Below, piece after piece: positions 50,544 through 60,893 of a stretch of DNA of 64,000 nucleotides (its first letter is position 1; the number at the start of each line of letters is the position of its first letter). The notes under the pieces were generated by a model. The model worked only from the letters and a program-made list of their open reading frames with translations. It did no database searches and was not told the DNA's origin. Source of the DNA: an uncultured cyanobacterium (lineage in GTDB: Bacteria > Cyanobacteriota > Cyanobacteriia > PCC-9006 > JAAUQQ01); the NCBI GenBank assembly GCA_963718615.1, contig OY970368.1:4928001-4992000 (forward strand). The letters are read 5' to 3'. The position numbers and the translations under genes are program-made.

Positions 50544-51158
50544 TGCAATCTGGATTAAAAACTGGCAGCACAAGTTGAACCGCATAGGCGGTAATCAAAG
50601 GCTTCTGCACACTGGCAAGATCGACAACTTAAGTTTTTATGGATTTCTTATTATGATTTTTCGAGGAATTCGATGGCCTCGCGACAAGCACCTGAGATCA
50701 TTGAGGCGATCGCCCTCAATTGAACGGAGAGCCTTAATCTAGATTTGCCCAATTATGCGGAGGTTTGCCTTGGGCCTCAGTCGGCATTTTTGCGGCGATA
50801 CTTTAAATAGATAGACAACTAGATAGAAAGGCTATCCAGCCCTTAAGCTTTAAAGCTAAAACGTCAGCTAATGGCCCAAATAGAGTCTGACTTTTTCAGA
50901 ATTTTTACGTAAATTTTAGCGATTCAGAATTAGTTCTACTTTTATTTAGCCTAAAAAAGGGAGTATTTCGAACCCTAGAGTACGGATTACGAGGTTCCGT
51001 ATTAACCACAATCAATCTTTTTATTTTTCAGGAAATCTATGCATTTTCAGGCAGGCTGGGTTTGCCGCTAGCTTCGGTTTTCCCTAGATTTCAAATCTCC
51101 AAAGTTCAAATCTCCAAAATTCAAATCTTCAGAGACAAAATCCCTGGAGATAAAATTC

Positions 51159-52688
51159 CTAGAAATTAAAATAAATATAAGGTAATCCACCCTCCGGGGT
51201 AAGCTGCCAGACTACATAGAGCAACAGCGGTACCAAACCGAGTTTAACCGGCCAATTAAACTGAAGCTTGAGGGTGTGCCCCAGGCGATACATGAGCCCC
51301 ATCCCCGCCCAGATCAGCCCCAGGACAATGGAAATTTGGGCGCGATCGAGCCCGGTCACTTCTAGATAAACCTTCTGGACAAACTGGGCATCCGCCGACT
51401 GCCCAAACAGATGGGTCATCGCCCACCAGGCTTGGTTGACATTGGGTAGCGCAAAAAATAGCCAAGATAAAAACACCACCGCCTGCGTAATCGCCCAAGC
51501 CACGGTTTGCCCTGGCCCACTGGCCCACCATAGCTGAAGCCCCTGCCTCCGCTGAGCCAAGGCATCGTTGAGCCGATGCACCACCAGCGCCACGCCATGG
51601 ATCCCTCCCCAGGCAATAAATCCCCAGGTTGCGTCGTGCCAAAAGCCCGCTACTACCATGACAATCAGCAGATTCAAGCAGGTTCGGACCAGGCCCTGCC
51701 GCGAACCACCCAGGGGAAAATAAAGATAGTTCCGCAGCCAGTCGCCCAGCGTCATGTGCCAGCGTCGCCAAAAATCCGCAATGCTCGTGCTGAAATAGGG
51801 GGCATCAAAATTCTCCGGCAGCGTGATGCCTAGCAGCTTTGCTGCGCCTCGGGCCATATCCACATAGCCACTAAAATCTAGATAGAGCTGGAGCCCATAG
51901 GTCAAGGCCATCATCCAGATATCAACACTGCCCGCCCGTTGAAGATTGGAAAAACTGAGCTGAGCCAGAATCCCGAGGCGATCGGCAAAAACTGCCTTTT
52001 TCATCGCGCCCCGCGCAATCAGCCACAGCCCTTGGGAAATTTGCTCTGGGGTCAGGGCCTGCCGTCGCCGCAACTGGGACGACAGCGTGTGATAGCGCGT
52101 GATCGGTCCTGAGATCAGCTTCGGGAAAAAGAGCTTATAGGCCCCAAACCGCAGCAAACTACGAGAAGCTGGGGCTCCCCGATAGACATCGACCAAGTAG
52201 GCAATACTTTCAAACGTAAAATAGCTGATTCCCAAAGGTACCCAGAGGGACTGTTGGACCGACTCCGCTGCGGCCACCCATTCTGTTCGTCCCGTCACTT
52301 GCCCCACCGTCGTCAGGAAGAACGGAATGTACTTGAAGCTGAGCAAGACTCCAATATTGAGAATAATTCCCGCGATCAAATAGCCCGTGCGCCGTTGCCC
52401 CCAATCTGCTTCCGCGTCCTGCCAAGCTTCGTTGGAGAGATGGGTATCGCTATCGTGGGCGAGCTGGATCAGCTTGCGATCGAGCAGGCGACCAAACTGA
52501 AAATTGATCAACGTACTCATCAAAAACAGCGGCACATAGGCGACCTGAATCCCCTTTTGCTGGGTTGCCATAAACAGCACACTGGCCCAGAGTAGCGTCC
52601 ACAGCCGCCATCGCTCGGCTCGAACCGTCCAGTAAATGGCTAACAGCAGCCCTAGGAAGAGGGCATAGGTCAAAGAGACAAACGTCAT
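51159..52688 (-). CDS. MBOAT-family O-acyltransferase (AlgI-like)
   Basis: PLGISYFTF, YLDFSGY, FWRRWHMTL and GFWH motifs. Confidence 0.92.
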   Translation of the reverse strand: MTFVSLTYALFLGLLLAIYWTVRAERWRLWTLLWASVLFMATQQKGIQVAYVPLFLMSTLINFQFGRLLDRKLIQLAHDSDTHLSNEAWQDAEADWGQRRTGYLIAGIILNIGVLLSFKYIPFFLTTVGQVTGRTEWVAAAESVQQSLWVPLGISYFTFESIAYLVDVYRGAPASRSLLRFGAYKLFFPKLISGPITRYHTLSSQLRRRQALTPEQISQGLWLIARGAMKKAVFADRLGILAQLSFSNLQRAGSVDIWMMALTYGLQLYLDFSGYVDMARGAAKLLGITLPENFDAPYFSTSIADFWRRWHMTLGDWLRNYLYFPLGGSRQGLVRTCLNLLIVMVVAGFWHDATWGFIAWGGIHGVALVVHRLNDALAQRRQGLQLWWASGPGQTVAWAITQAVVFLSWLFFALPNVNQAWWAMTHLFGQSADAQFVQKVYLEVTGLDRAQISIVLGLIWAGMGLMYRLGHTLKLQFNWPVKLGLVPLLLYVVWQLTPEGGLPYIYFNF

Positions 52689-52825
52689 TGCTCGGCGGGG
52701 GTAGAGGCGTGCTCAGCAGAAATGCCCCCTATCCTAACTCACTGTTGTCTTTTAGTACCTTGAGTCCTGTTGGTTTGTTTCTCTCTGGCGTTAGCCTAAG
52801 AGCATGTCCCCTCCCTTGAAGGCCG

Positions 52826-53383
52826 ATGAATCGTCAACTTCGTACTCTCCACCGTAAGATTGCTCCGATTCTCTTTTTACCGCTGTTCGCGACAGCCCTG
52901 ACCGGCATGGTCTATCGTCTGGGACTCAGTTGGTTCAAAATGCCAGGATCGGCTGCTGAGATCTTGATGGTGATCCACCAAGGTCGTTTTTTAGGAGCGG
53001 CGATCGCCCCGGTCTATGTATTGCTAATGGGCCTGGGCCTAATAGGCCTGATTGCCACCGGAATTACCCTGGTTCGCAAACGCAGGGCTGGAACAAAAGC
53101 CCCTAAACGGGACGGACGCTGGCTGCATCGTATCCTTGCCCCGATCGCCTGTATTCCCCTCTTGATCAGTGCCCTCACCGGAATTATCTATAGCCTAGGC
53201 GAGGCTTGGTTTAATCTCCCCCGCCCCGTTCTGTCTCTGATGCTGCGCCTCCACCAGGGCTCCTATCTCGGCAATACGCTCAAGCCAATTTATGTGCTTT
53301 TGGTCGGACTCGGCTTAATCGTGATGCTGGTCAGCGGCATTCAGATGACTAGCATTTGGCGTCAGCGTCGAGCCTCGTCCTAG
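52826..53383 (+). CDS. PepSY-associated TM protein (internally duplicated)
   Basis: Two R.LHR..AP...HQG repeats. Confidence 0.75.
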   Translation: MNRQLRTLHRKIAPILFLPLFATALTGMVYRLGLSWFKMPGSAAEILMVIHQGRFLGAAIAPVYVLLMGLGLIGLIATGITLVRKRRAGTKAPKRDGRWLHRILAPIACIPLLISALTGIIYSLGEAWFNLPRPVLSLMLRLHQGSYLGNTLKPIYVLLVGLGLIVMLVSGIQMTSIWRQRRASS

Positions 53384-53391
53384 CGGCGGCC

Positions 53392-54009
53392 TTAGGGCTG
53401 AATGAGCAATTGCCATTCCTGCCGATCCAAGTTCCAGTAGGGCAGCTGGGTTTGGCCCACCACATAGGGACCCCAATAGCGGCGGGAGCCATCCTGGGCA
53501 AAGGCAACCAGCACGTCTCCCGCTTCTAATTGCAAATCCCCTTGGGGAAGAGAAAGCACCAGACCCGCTTGTCCCCCTTCTCCGGGAGCAAAATCCCAGT
53601 GAATCGGCTCGATATCGTATCTGGCGGTGGCCTGGAGGTCCTTGCTACCTGCTCCATCCTTTTGACCATTGACTTGACGGGGCAGCAGCGCAATTCGGAG
53701 GGGATGCTCCGTTTGATTGCCGACCCGAAAACTCCCGCTGTGATCGCTCTGGGCCTGGGGCGAAAACAGATCGGCATCGGCGGTCGTGGCCTCACGGGCC
53801 AGGAAAACTTCAGCGGCAGGCGTGGCGATCGCCCCCGCAGACGGAGCCTCCGGCGGCAAGGGCTGCACCACCGGCTTGACCACAATATCTTCCGTCGCTG
53901 CCAAGACCGACTCACCGGATCGCTGTCCCTGATTGACCGAGCACCCCGCGAGTCCCAAACTACAGACTAATCCCACTACCGCGATCCCAAGCCTTAACAT
54001 TCCATTCAC
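53392..54009 (-). CDS. Hypothetical lipoprotein
   Basis: LAGC lipobox; HWDFAPGEG and DGSRRYWGPYVVG motifs. Confidence 0.7.
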   Translation of the reverse strand: MNGMLRLGIAVVGLVCSLGLAGCSVNQGQRSGESVLAATEDIVVKPVVQPLPPEAPSAGAIATPAAEVFLAREATTADADLFSPQAQSDHSGSFRVGNQTEHPLRIALLPRQVNGQKDGAGSKDLQATARYDIEPIHWDFAPGEGGQAGLVLSLPQGDLQLEAGDVLVAFAQDGSRRYWGPYVVGQTQLPYWNLDRQEWQLLIQP

Positions 54010-54118
54010 CTACTCACCATTTCAACCGTTAGACTGCCCCTAGAGGATTGCGCCTAACTCCGTTATAGCTAGCCGCACCTTCCATTGGCCCCCTTTACAC
54101 GATTCCCCTTACAAATCT

Positions 54119-54442
54119 ATGCAAGACACCCGCCTAACCCGTCTTTTGGACGGTGCTAGCGATCGCCTTGGGCGCTGGTTTAGCAATCCCTGGCGACGTC
54201 TCTCGGTCCAGATCATCAGCTTGCTCGGAGGCTTTTTCCTGGGGAGCGCGATCGCTGCCGTCGCCGGTCAGGCCGCGATTTGGGATACCACCGTCGCAGG
54301 AATTTTGCTAGGTTTGTCCGAGCTGGTCAACTGGTTGGTCTACCGGGTCCGAGGACGGGTCTTACCCATTGAGCTGTTGAACTATCTCAAAATCGGCATG
54401 ATTTACTGCTTGTTTTTGGAAGCGTTCAAGCTTGGATCTTGA
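54119..54442 (+). CDS. DUF565/Ycf20-family protein
   Basis: MQDTRL, NPWRR and FLEAFKLGS motifs. Confidence 0.88.
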   Translation: MQDTRLTRLLDGASDRLGRWFSNPWRRLSVQIISLLGGFFLGSAIAAVAGQAAIWDTTVAGILLGLSELVNWLVYRVRGRVLPIELLNYLKIGMIYCLFLEAFKLGS

Positions 54443-54482
54443 GCTTCGATCTTGAGCTTCAGATCTTGACGTGACGTTGGGC

Positions 54483-55934
54483 TCAGAGGTACCAGAGAGC
54501 CTCCGCCATGCTAGCGCAGATTCGGTCATCCCTGGGGTTGATCCCCGGCCCCAGCTTGAGCACATGATGCAGCAATAGCAGACCCACCAGGGTCCAGGTT
54601 TGGAAAGAGCGCGTTTGCTGGCCAGTCCAGAGTCCGGTCGGTCCATCGAAATATTCGGCCCACTGTTGAGGGGGAAGCTGGCGAAGTTGACAGTGGTAGC
54701 AATCGTCCAAAAGCTGGGTGAGTTCCTGTTGCAGGGTCGGGGTTTGAGTCAAATAGGCTCGTTGGCGCAGGATGGCGATCGCCAAAAACCAAGTGAGACA
54801 GGGCCAATGCCCGCCATTGTGATAGGAACCGGGGGAATTCTTCGGATCGCAGCCGGTCAATCTTTGCCAGGACAATCCAGTTAAGGGCGGATGACAAATC
54901 CGCAGGGGCATCTCCGCCACGAGGTCGGCGCGATTTTGCAAGATAAGCTGAAACAGCGCCGTTTGCTGCACGGGTTCAAGAATATCGAACAGACAGGCTA
55001 AGCTATTTCCCAGGGTCAAAAATCGGCAATCGAGCTGACCCGTTTGCACATTAGCCACGAGATATCCCCCCGCTGTTCCGAGCCAAGTCTGTAGCCAATC
55101 GGGCAGCGTTCCGGCATAAATATTGTAGGGATTGGTTGCAGTTTCGCCGTATTGTTCGTTGGGTTGCTGACGCAATTGTTGGATGGTTTTGCGATCGATC
55201 CAATAGTGCTGTCGAAGAAAGTCCCGCAGTTCTTGGGCGTGGGCGATCGCCGCTGCTCCCCCTTCCTCTCCCGGCCCGAGCAATCGACCGGCACTGCGCA
55301 ATGCTCCATACAACAACACCTGAACTTCCAAGGGTGCACCGCCCAGGCCCAAAGGGCGATCGATCATAAAAGCACCGTCGGGAACCCAGAGGGTAGGGGC
55401 GGCTTGAAATCGCGGGGCCAGAAGCAATTGGAGTAATTGGTGGAGACCCTGTTGAATGAGGGGCGATCGCGCCCAGTCCCAATCCCCCGTTTGTTCGACA
55501 TACATCTGAGCCAAGATCGGCACCCAGAGCGATGCATCCACAGAGGCAACCCGCCCGATCGCCCGTTGGCCATAGTCTGCGATCAAAACCCCGTCTTCTT
55601 CGAGAAAACTTGTGGGAAAAATACCGATTTGGGGTCCAGCCTGCTGCTGGAGCTGAAAACAAGTCGTGAGAAAATGCTGCACCGTCTCAGCTCGGCCCGT
55701 CAGAAGCAGATAGACCATGACCGGCACATTATCGCGGATGAACACTTCGCCATAGTTGAGTTCGCCCTGGAGTCCTGCGGGTGCGAGGGCGGCGATCGCC
55801 CCCACAATTTTCCCCTGAGCTGTAACCAGCGTCTGCTCAAACAGGGCTTGGGCCTGCTCTAGGACAGTCTGCTCTAGGACGGTCTGCTCTAGGCTTGCCT
55901 GCTCTAGGCTTGTTTGTGGGTCCACTGAGTTCAT
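54483..55934 (-). CDS. Glycoside hydrolase family 100 (alkaline/neutral invertase)
   Basis: LNYGEVFIRD, DYGQRAIGRV, PDGAFMIDR, SYHNGGHWP and WAEYFDG motifs. Confidence 0.88.
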   Translation of the reverse strand: MNSVDPQTSLEQASLEQTVLEQTVLEQAQALFEQTLVTAQGKIVGAIAALAPAGLQGELNYGEVFIRDNVPVMVYLLLTGRAETVQHFLTTCFQLQQQAGPQIGIFPTSFLEEDGVLIADYGQRAIGRVASVDASLWVPILAQMYVEQTGDWDWARSPLIQQGLHQLLQLLLAPRFQAAPTLWVPDGAFMIDRPLGLGGAPLEVQVLLYGALRSAGRLLGPGEEGGAAAIAHAQELRDFLRQHYWIDRKTIQQLRQQPNEQYGETATNPYNIYAGTLPDWLQTWLGTAGGYLVANVQTGQLDCRFLTLGNSLACLFDILEPVQQTALFQLILQNRADLVAEMPLRICHPPLTGLSWQRLTGCDPKNSPGSYHNGGHWPCLTWFLAIAILRQRAYLTQTPTLQQELTQLLDDCYHCQLRQLPPQQWAEYFDGPTGLWTGQQTRSFQTWTLVGLLLLHHVLKLGPGINPRDDRICASMAEALWYL

Positions 55935-56005
55935 CGTTCACAGCCCAATGGTATAGCCAGTCTAAAGGGTTGGAGCTTGTTAGAACTGTGATTTCAGTTT
56001 ACAGC

Positions 56006-56995
56006 TCATAACTGAAGATTAGGTGATGTTTCATCGCCTGTACTCAGGCGTAAGTCTACCCCTTCCTTTCGTTGTCTTAGATCGTAGTAAGTGACTGCAT
56101 TGACAATAGGTGTAAAGGGAATGAGTAATAAGTCTAGCAGCCAGGAAATAGCCAGAAACAGGCCAATACTAGCGAGGAATATGTAAAAACGAGATGGAGT
56201 CCCATGGTGCAACAGAGATGTGAATGCAGCAACAGGTAATGAAAAGGCTGCCAAATAGGGCGGCATTGTGACGATCGCTGCAAGCAGTCCAATGATCGTG
56301 ATTTTTGGGGCGAATCCTTTGGCCAGATTCCAGCATCGAGAAATCGTTGAATGGGCTTGCTTACCTTCAACAGAAAAGACAACATAGGCTAACGACAAAA
56401 CTGCAGAAACCCAAATCGAAATCGCGCATTGTATTACAGTTAGAACAATCTCAATCCCGTCTAAGCTCGGAGAAGTTGAAAGTTTTTCAGTTATACCTAT
56501 CTCTACTCGATTGAGCAAAGTATTGACACCCATATTTATGAAACCAACTTTGACTCCCAACCACCAGAAGTGCCATATTTTTGAGTTCAGAGCGACCAAG
56601 ACTTGTTGGAGAGATTCCGGTTGATTCAAGAGAAATGAATAGGTTAATCGAGCAATTTGAGCTTGTCGTAGCTTAAAAATAGCTGATCCTATAATCAGAA
56701 AAAGAATACAAACGATCAGCACTATAGCAGTAAAGAATGGATTAACAAATCCCTGAATCAAGGGCTCAAAGTATGAGTTTACCTCTGTGAATTTAGAAAA
56801 CAAAAAAACTCCCACTTGTGCTACAACTACCAGAAGTAGAAGCAAAAAGCTTGCTTTAGATAAGCCCACCCAAATGGCGGCATTGACTGCTACTTTAAGA
56901 TTTTGTTTAAAGTGGCTTTTGTACATCGAGATGCTGAGACTGACAACATTACCAATGCTGAGCATTGTAGAATTAGGACTTGAGGAATTTTGCAT
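56006..56995 (-). CDS. AT-rich hypothetical multi-pass membrane protein
   Basis: LSIGNVVS N-terminus and YYDLRQRKEG.DL C-terminus; several TM helices. Confidence 0.7.
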   Translation of the reverse strand: MQNSSSPNSTMLSIGNVVSLSISMYKSHFKQNLKVAVNAAIWVGLSKASFLLLLLVVVAQVGVFLFSKFTEVNSYFEPLIQGFVNPFFTAIVLIVCILFLIIGSAIFKLRQAQIARLTYSFLLNQPESLQQVLVALNSKIWHFWWLGVKVGFINMGVNTLLNRVEIGITEKLSTSPSLDGIEIVLTVIQCAISIWVSAVLSLAYVVFSVEGKQAHSTISRCWNLAKGFAPKITIIGLLAAIVTMPPYLAAFSLPVAAFTSLLHHGTPSRFYIFLASIGLFLAISWLLDLLLIPFTPIVNAVTYYDLRQRKEGVDLRLSTGDETSPNLQL

Positions 56996-57042
56996 AGCTA
57001 CCTATGTTCGCTGAGGATTTGAACTCTTGACGACGCTCTGGT

Positions 57043-57189
57043 TTAATTTTGAGGTTCTAGTTTCCGGTGGGCTGTGGCCGGTCAGTTCTCCCTCGCGAGG
57101 GTCAGACCGGGCAATTTATCCACTGTCCAGCTATTCAAATCCGTAGGCTTCAGCCTCAGCAAAACATCACCTTGGCGCATTAGTTTCAT
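57043..57189 (-). pseudogene. Frameshifted fragment of an RQGDV...LAEGE.TGHSH-family gene
   Basis: MKLMRQGDVLL...LPGLTLA, then a frameshift restores EGELTGHS and a second restores HR, followed by a stop. Confidence 0.6.
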
Positions 57190-57278
57190 GAGATTTACCT
57201 TGTCAGTCAAAGCATGCAAACTCTGAAAGGTCTATCCCCAAGCCCCTTAAAAATTATGTGATTGCCGCGATTTTATTC

Positions 57279-58211
57279 TCAACTCGCCCGACGACGTAAC
57301 ACATCCAACAACGTCGTAAACGTTTTAGGCAGCGGGGCGATCGCCACCACCTCCTCCCCACTCACCGGATGCACCAAACTCAACCGCCAAGCATGCAGCG
57401 CCTGCCCCGGCAAATTGACGCCGAGCGATCGCCCCGCTCCATAAACCTGATCCCCCACAATCGGATTTCCCAACGCCTGACAATGCACCCGAATTTGATG
57501 GGTTCGCCCGGTCTCTAGTTGAAAATGCATCAGCGTGTAGTTGCCCAAGCGTTCTTGAATCGCCCAATGGGTAATCGCTTGGCGTCCGCCCTTTTCCTCT
57601 GGGATAATGGCTTGCTTTTTGCGATCGCTCGCATGCCGCCCAATGGGAGCATTGATCGTACCCAACTCAGTTTTAGGAATGCCATAAACAATCCCCAAAT
57701 ATTCACGACGGGCAGTCTTCTGACGCAGTTGTTCCTGCAAGTTTTGCAATGCCAGCTCCGACTTAGCCACCACGATCGCCCCAGTGGTATCCTTATCCAG
57801 CCGATGCACAATTCCCGGACGCTCAATGCCCCCAATCCCTGGCAAATGCTCACAGTGGTGCAAGAGGGCATGAACCAGGGTACCGCTGCGGTGCCCCGGC
57901 GAAGGATGAACCACCATCCCAGCAGGTTTGTTGAGAATAATCAGATGCTCGTCCTCAAACAGAATATCGAGGGGAATGTCCTCCGGTTCCAGGTTCAGGG
58001 GTTCGGTTTTGGGAAAAATGACGCGGACGGTGTCACCTAGCTTGAGCTTGCCCTTTTTGTTCGTACAGACTTCGCCATTGATGCGAATGTGGCCCTCTTG
58101 GAGGAGGGTTTGGATGCGCGATCGTGAAAAATCCTGCAACTGCTCTGCCAGCCAGCGATCGAGGCGATCGTTAGTGGGGGTTTCAACGAGAAAATCAACT
58201 TTACGCGGCAT
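57279..58211 (-). CDS. rluD: RluA/RluD-family pseudouridine synthase
   Basis: N-terminal S4 domain; GIVHRLDKDTTG and LETGRTHQIRVH motifs. Confidence 0.9.
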   Translation of the reverse strand: MPRKVDFLVETPTNDRLDRWLAEQLQDFSRSRIQTLLQEGHIRINGEVCTNKKGKLKLGDTVRVIFPKTEPLNLEPEDIPLDILFEDEHLIILNKPAGMVVHPSPGHRSGTLVHALLHHCEHLPGIGGIERPGIVHRLDKDTTGAIVVAKSELALQNLQEQLRQKTARREYLGIVYGIPKTELGTINAPIGRHASDRKKQAIIPEEKGGRQAITHWAIQERLGNYTLMHFQLETGRTHQIRVHCQALGNPIVGDQVYGAGRSLGVNLPGQALHAWRLSLVHPVSGEEVVAIAPLPKTFTTLLDVLRRRAS

Positions 58212-58335
58212 AGCTGGGCAGGTAAGTGAAAGGTCAGTGAAAGAACAAGTCAATTAAGTCTATTAGATTTGAGCTCATCAGGAGATTCGTTACCCCTAGT
58301 CGGTAGAATCAAAGACCGTGAGCTAGAATAATTCT

Positions 58336-58617
58336 GTGCAGTTTGAGTGGAATGGCTCAAAAGCAGCCAGAAATCTGAAAAAGCACAAGGTTAGTTTCGA
58401 AGAAGCTAAAACTGTTTTTGATAACCCCTTGTCACTTATTTTCAGTGATGAAGAGCATTCTTCTTTGGACGAATGGCGCGAAATCATCATCGGACATTCC
58501 CAGCAAAACCGGCTCCTTTTGGTTGCCTTTACAGAGCGTGCTAAGGCAATTCGCATTATCAGTGCTCGACTAGCAACTCGAACAGAACAAAATGACTATG
58601 AGCAACACTTTTCCTAA
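58336..58617 (+). CDS. brnT: BrnT-family toxin
   Basis: FEW...KA..NLKKH.VSFEEA and IRIISAR.AT motifs. Confidence 0.9.
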   Translation: MQFEWNGSKAARNLKKHKVSFEEAKTVFDNPLSLIFSDEEHSSLDEWREIIIGHSQQNRLLLVAFTERAKAIRIISARLATRTEQNDYEQHFS

Positions 58618-58843
58618 CGCTTTAGACTCTTCTCAAGAAGATCTTAGTGATGAGTATCGATTTGATTATCAAACAGCCAAGCCCAATCGGTTTGCTGTTG
58701 CCCATTCAGAGCCGACTAAAATCATCGTCCTAGACGAAGATGTCGCCCGCGTTTTCACGACTTCAGAAGCGGTTAACAAAATTCTGCGGGCACTCATCCA
58801 ATCTATGCCTCACATCACTCCGCCGCAAATTTCCGAAAGTTAG
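58592..58843 (+). CDS. Putative cognate antitoxin (BrnA-like)
   Basis: EYRFDY..AKPNRFA and LDEDVARVF..SEAVNKILR motifs; overlaps brnT. Confidence 0.75.
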   Translation: MTMSNTFPNALDSSQEDLSDEYRFDYQTAKPNRFAVAHSEPTKIIVLDEDVARVFTTSEAVNKILRALIQSMPHITPPQISES

Positions 58844-59637
58844 AATGGGGGAGTAGGGGAATACGGTGACAGTGGAAAGACCGTTGGACGACAGCCTTCG
58901 AGCTGCTGCCGCAGATTCACGACAGAGCCGATGACCGCGATCGCCGGAGCCTCAAACCCCGTTTCTTCCACCTGCCGAACCATCGTCCCCAGGGTACCCA
59001 CCAATTCCTGCTGATCCGGGCGCGTGCCCCAACGCACCAACGCCATTGGGGTTTCCGGCGCTAGCCCTGCGGTTTGCAACTCCCTCGTGATGTAGGGCAA
59101 GTTGTGGACGCCCATATAAATCACAATGGTTTCGCTGCCCTGGGCGATCGCCCCCCAATTCACATCGGGTCGATACTTCCCCGCCATCTCATGACCCGTC
59201 ACAAACGTTACCGATGAGCTATGACTCCGATGGGTCAGCGGAATCCCCGCATAGGCCGGAGCCGCAATGCCCGACGTAATCCCCGGCACCACTTCCACGG
59301 GAATTCCGGCCTTGACCAAATCCTCCGCCTCTTCCCCACCGCGCCCAAACACATAGGGATCGCCACCCTTGAGACGAACCACAACCCCATGCTGTTGCGC
59401 CAGTTCAATCAAAAGCCTAGTCGTTTCCTCTTGCAGCAACGAATGCCGTCCCCGCCGTTTGCCCGCATGAATCCGCTCGGCATGGGGACTAATCATCTGC
59501 AAAATCGGTGGGCTTACCAAGGCGTCGTAAACGACCACATCGGCACATTCCAGCAGGGTTTTCCCCTTAATGGTCAACAAACCGGGGTCGCCAGGGCCCG
59601 CCCCGACGAGATAAACCTTACCAATGGGATGATGCAT
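58840..59637 (-). CDS. cobA: Uroporphyrinogen-III C-methyltransferase
   Basis: VYLVGAGPGDPGLLT and VRLKGGDPYVFGRGGEE motifs. Confidence 0.95.
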   Translation of the reverse strand: MHHPIGKVYLVGAGPGDPGLLTIKGKTLLECADVVVYDALVSPPILQMISPHAERIHAGKRRGRHSLLQEETTRLLIELAQQHGVVVRLKGGDPYVFGRGGEEAEDLVKAGIPVEVVPGITSGIAAPAYAGIPLTHRSHSSSVTFVTGHEMAGKYRPDVNWGAIAQGSETIVIYMGVHNLPYITRELQTAGLAPETPMALVRWGTRPDQQELVGTLGTMVRQVEETGFEAPAIAVIGSVVNLRQQLEGCRPTVFPLSPYSPTPPF

Positions 59638-59812
59638 ACGAACCTGAATGAAGCGGGGGGAGCTGAGGCAGAGACTAAGGAGATATTGAAAGAGATTAAT
59701 TTTATTTTAATTATTGAAGAATGGGCGATGGCAGTAGTAGCGATCGTTACAAAATCCTAACCTAATGGGATCCCGATGACCAAATCCAGATGGCCAATAT
59801 CCCGCGTTCAGC

Positions 59813-60754
59813 TCACCGCTTTCCCCGCGCCGTTTCAACCGCCGTCAACAGGATCGAGTCTCGGCTCGCCTGGAGCGAAGGCCGCATCCGCTTTTCCATG
59901 GCCAGGGTGGAGTTAAAGTTAAACCCCAGCAGTTTCCCTTGAAAGCTAGTGATATAGAGATCGTTATGGACTTGAGTATCCATGGCTTGGCTAATAAACT
60001 CCAGTTTGATCCAACGAGAGCCGCCCATAGTTTCATAATCGCGGGCCACCCACTTAAACCCTGGAACTGACTCTTCTAGAAAAGATTCCAAAAACTGCCG
60101 CACCTCAGGCAGTTGCTCTGGCGCGAGGTCAATGTCGCTAAAGTTCACACCGATCGAAACACTGCGGGGCACATTGCCATAGGCATGCTGCGGCGGCACC
60201 GAACCCGGAAATTTGGTGCTAATCTCCGCTGCACTCATGGCCGTAAACCCCTGGGGTGGCACAAAAGAAATCTGATTATCCACCAAATAAACTCGCCCCT
60301 CAGCCTTGGAATCCTCCTTGGGATCCTCTTTTGGCTCTTCCTTGGGATCCTCAGCGGCAGGCGGCTCTGTTTCCAGCTGCGGATTGAGCTGGGGTGTTGA
60401 AGACGGATTCGGGGGAATTCCTTCCTCTAGGGGATCGACGGGATTCTCTGGAGACGAGGTCTGGGGCTGAGGGACAATCACCGGCTTGTCATCCCCAGGT
60501 TTGACCTCCGTGGGCTGTTCGTCGGTTTTCAGCGGTGCTGGGGTTAAGGCTTGGGCCGTCTGGGCCACTCCCAACGTTAGCCCACTCGCAAACGTCAGCA
60601 ACAATGCTATCCGCGTCAGGCGCGGGAGGTGCCTACGGGGGTTGCCCCGTTTATAGAATAAGGGGCTACGGAAAAAGGAGGCGAGGGAAAGGCGTTCCAT
60701 GCTTCTTATCAAGACAATCTGGGATCTGGTAGACGAGACCGGGGCAGCACTCAT
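59813..60754 (-). CDS. Exported hypothetical protein (PsbP/DcrB-like C-terminal domain)
   Basis: Signal-like segment, P/E-rich linker and ISFVPPQGF motif. Start uncertain. Confidence 0.6.
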   Translation of the reverse strand: MSAAPVSSTRSQIVLIRSMERLSLASFFRSPLFYKRGNPRRHLPRLTRIALLLTFASGLTLGVAQTAQALTPAPLKTDEQPTEVKPGDDKPVIVPQPQTSSPENPVDPLEEGIPPNPSSTPQLNPQLETEPPAAEDPKEEPKEDPKEDSKAEGRVYLVDNQISFVPPQGFTAMSAAEISTKFPGSVPPQHAYGNVPRSVSIGVNFSDIDLAPEQLPEVRQFLESFLEESVPGFKWVARDYETMGGSRWIKLEFISQAMDTQVHNDLYITSFQGKLLGFNFNSTLAMEKRMRPSLQASRDSILLTAVETARGKR

Positions 60755-60893
60755 TTTTGACAGAAGATCTAAGTCTGTATAGCCTGTTAGGTTATCGACG
60801 CTGGGTTATTCGCTCCTAGGCCACAATTCCCTGTGCATGGGCATTTAATGCCTATGGTCAGCGCTCGGCAACCCAATACCTGTTGATGAAACG

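Noticed and set aside
57064-57110. GC-rich hairpin resembling SRP RNA
   Set aside because: Lacks the CAGG-N-GGAA-N-AGCAG domain IV motif and is explained by the minus-strand pseudogene.
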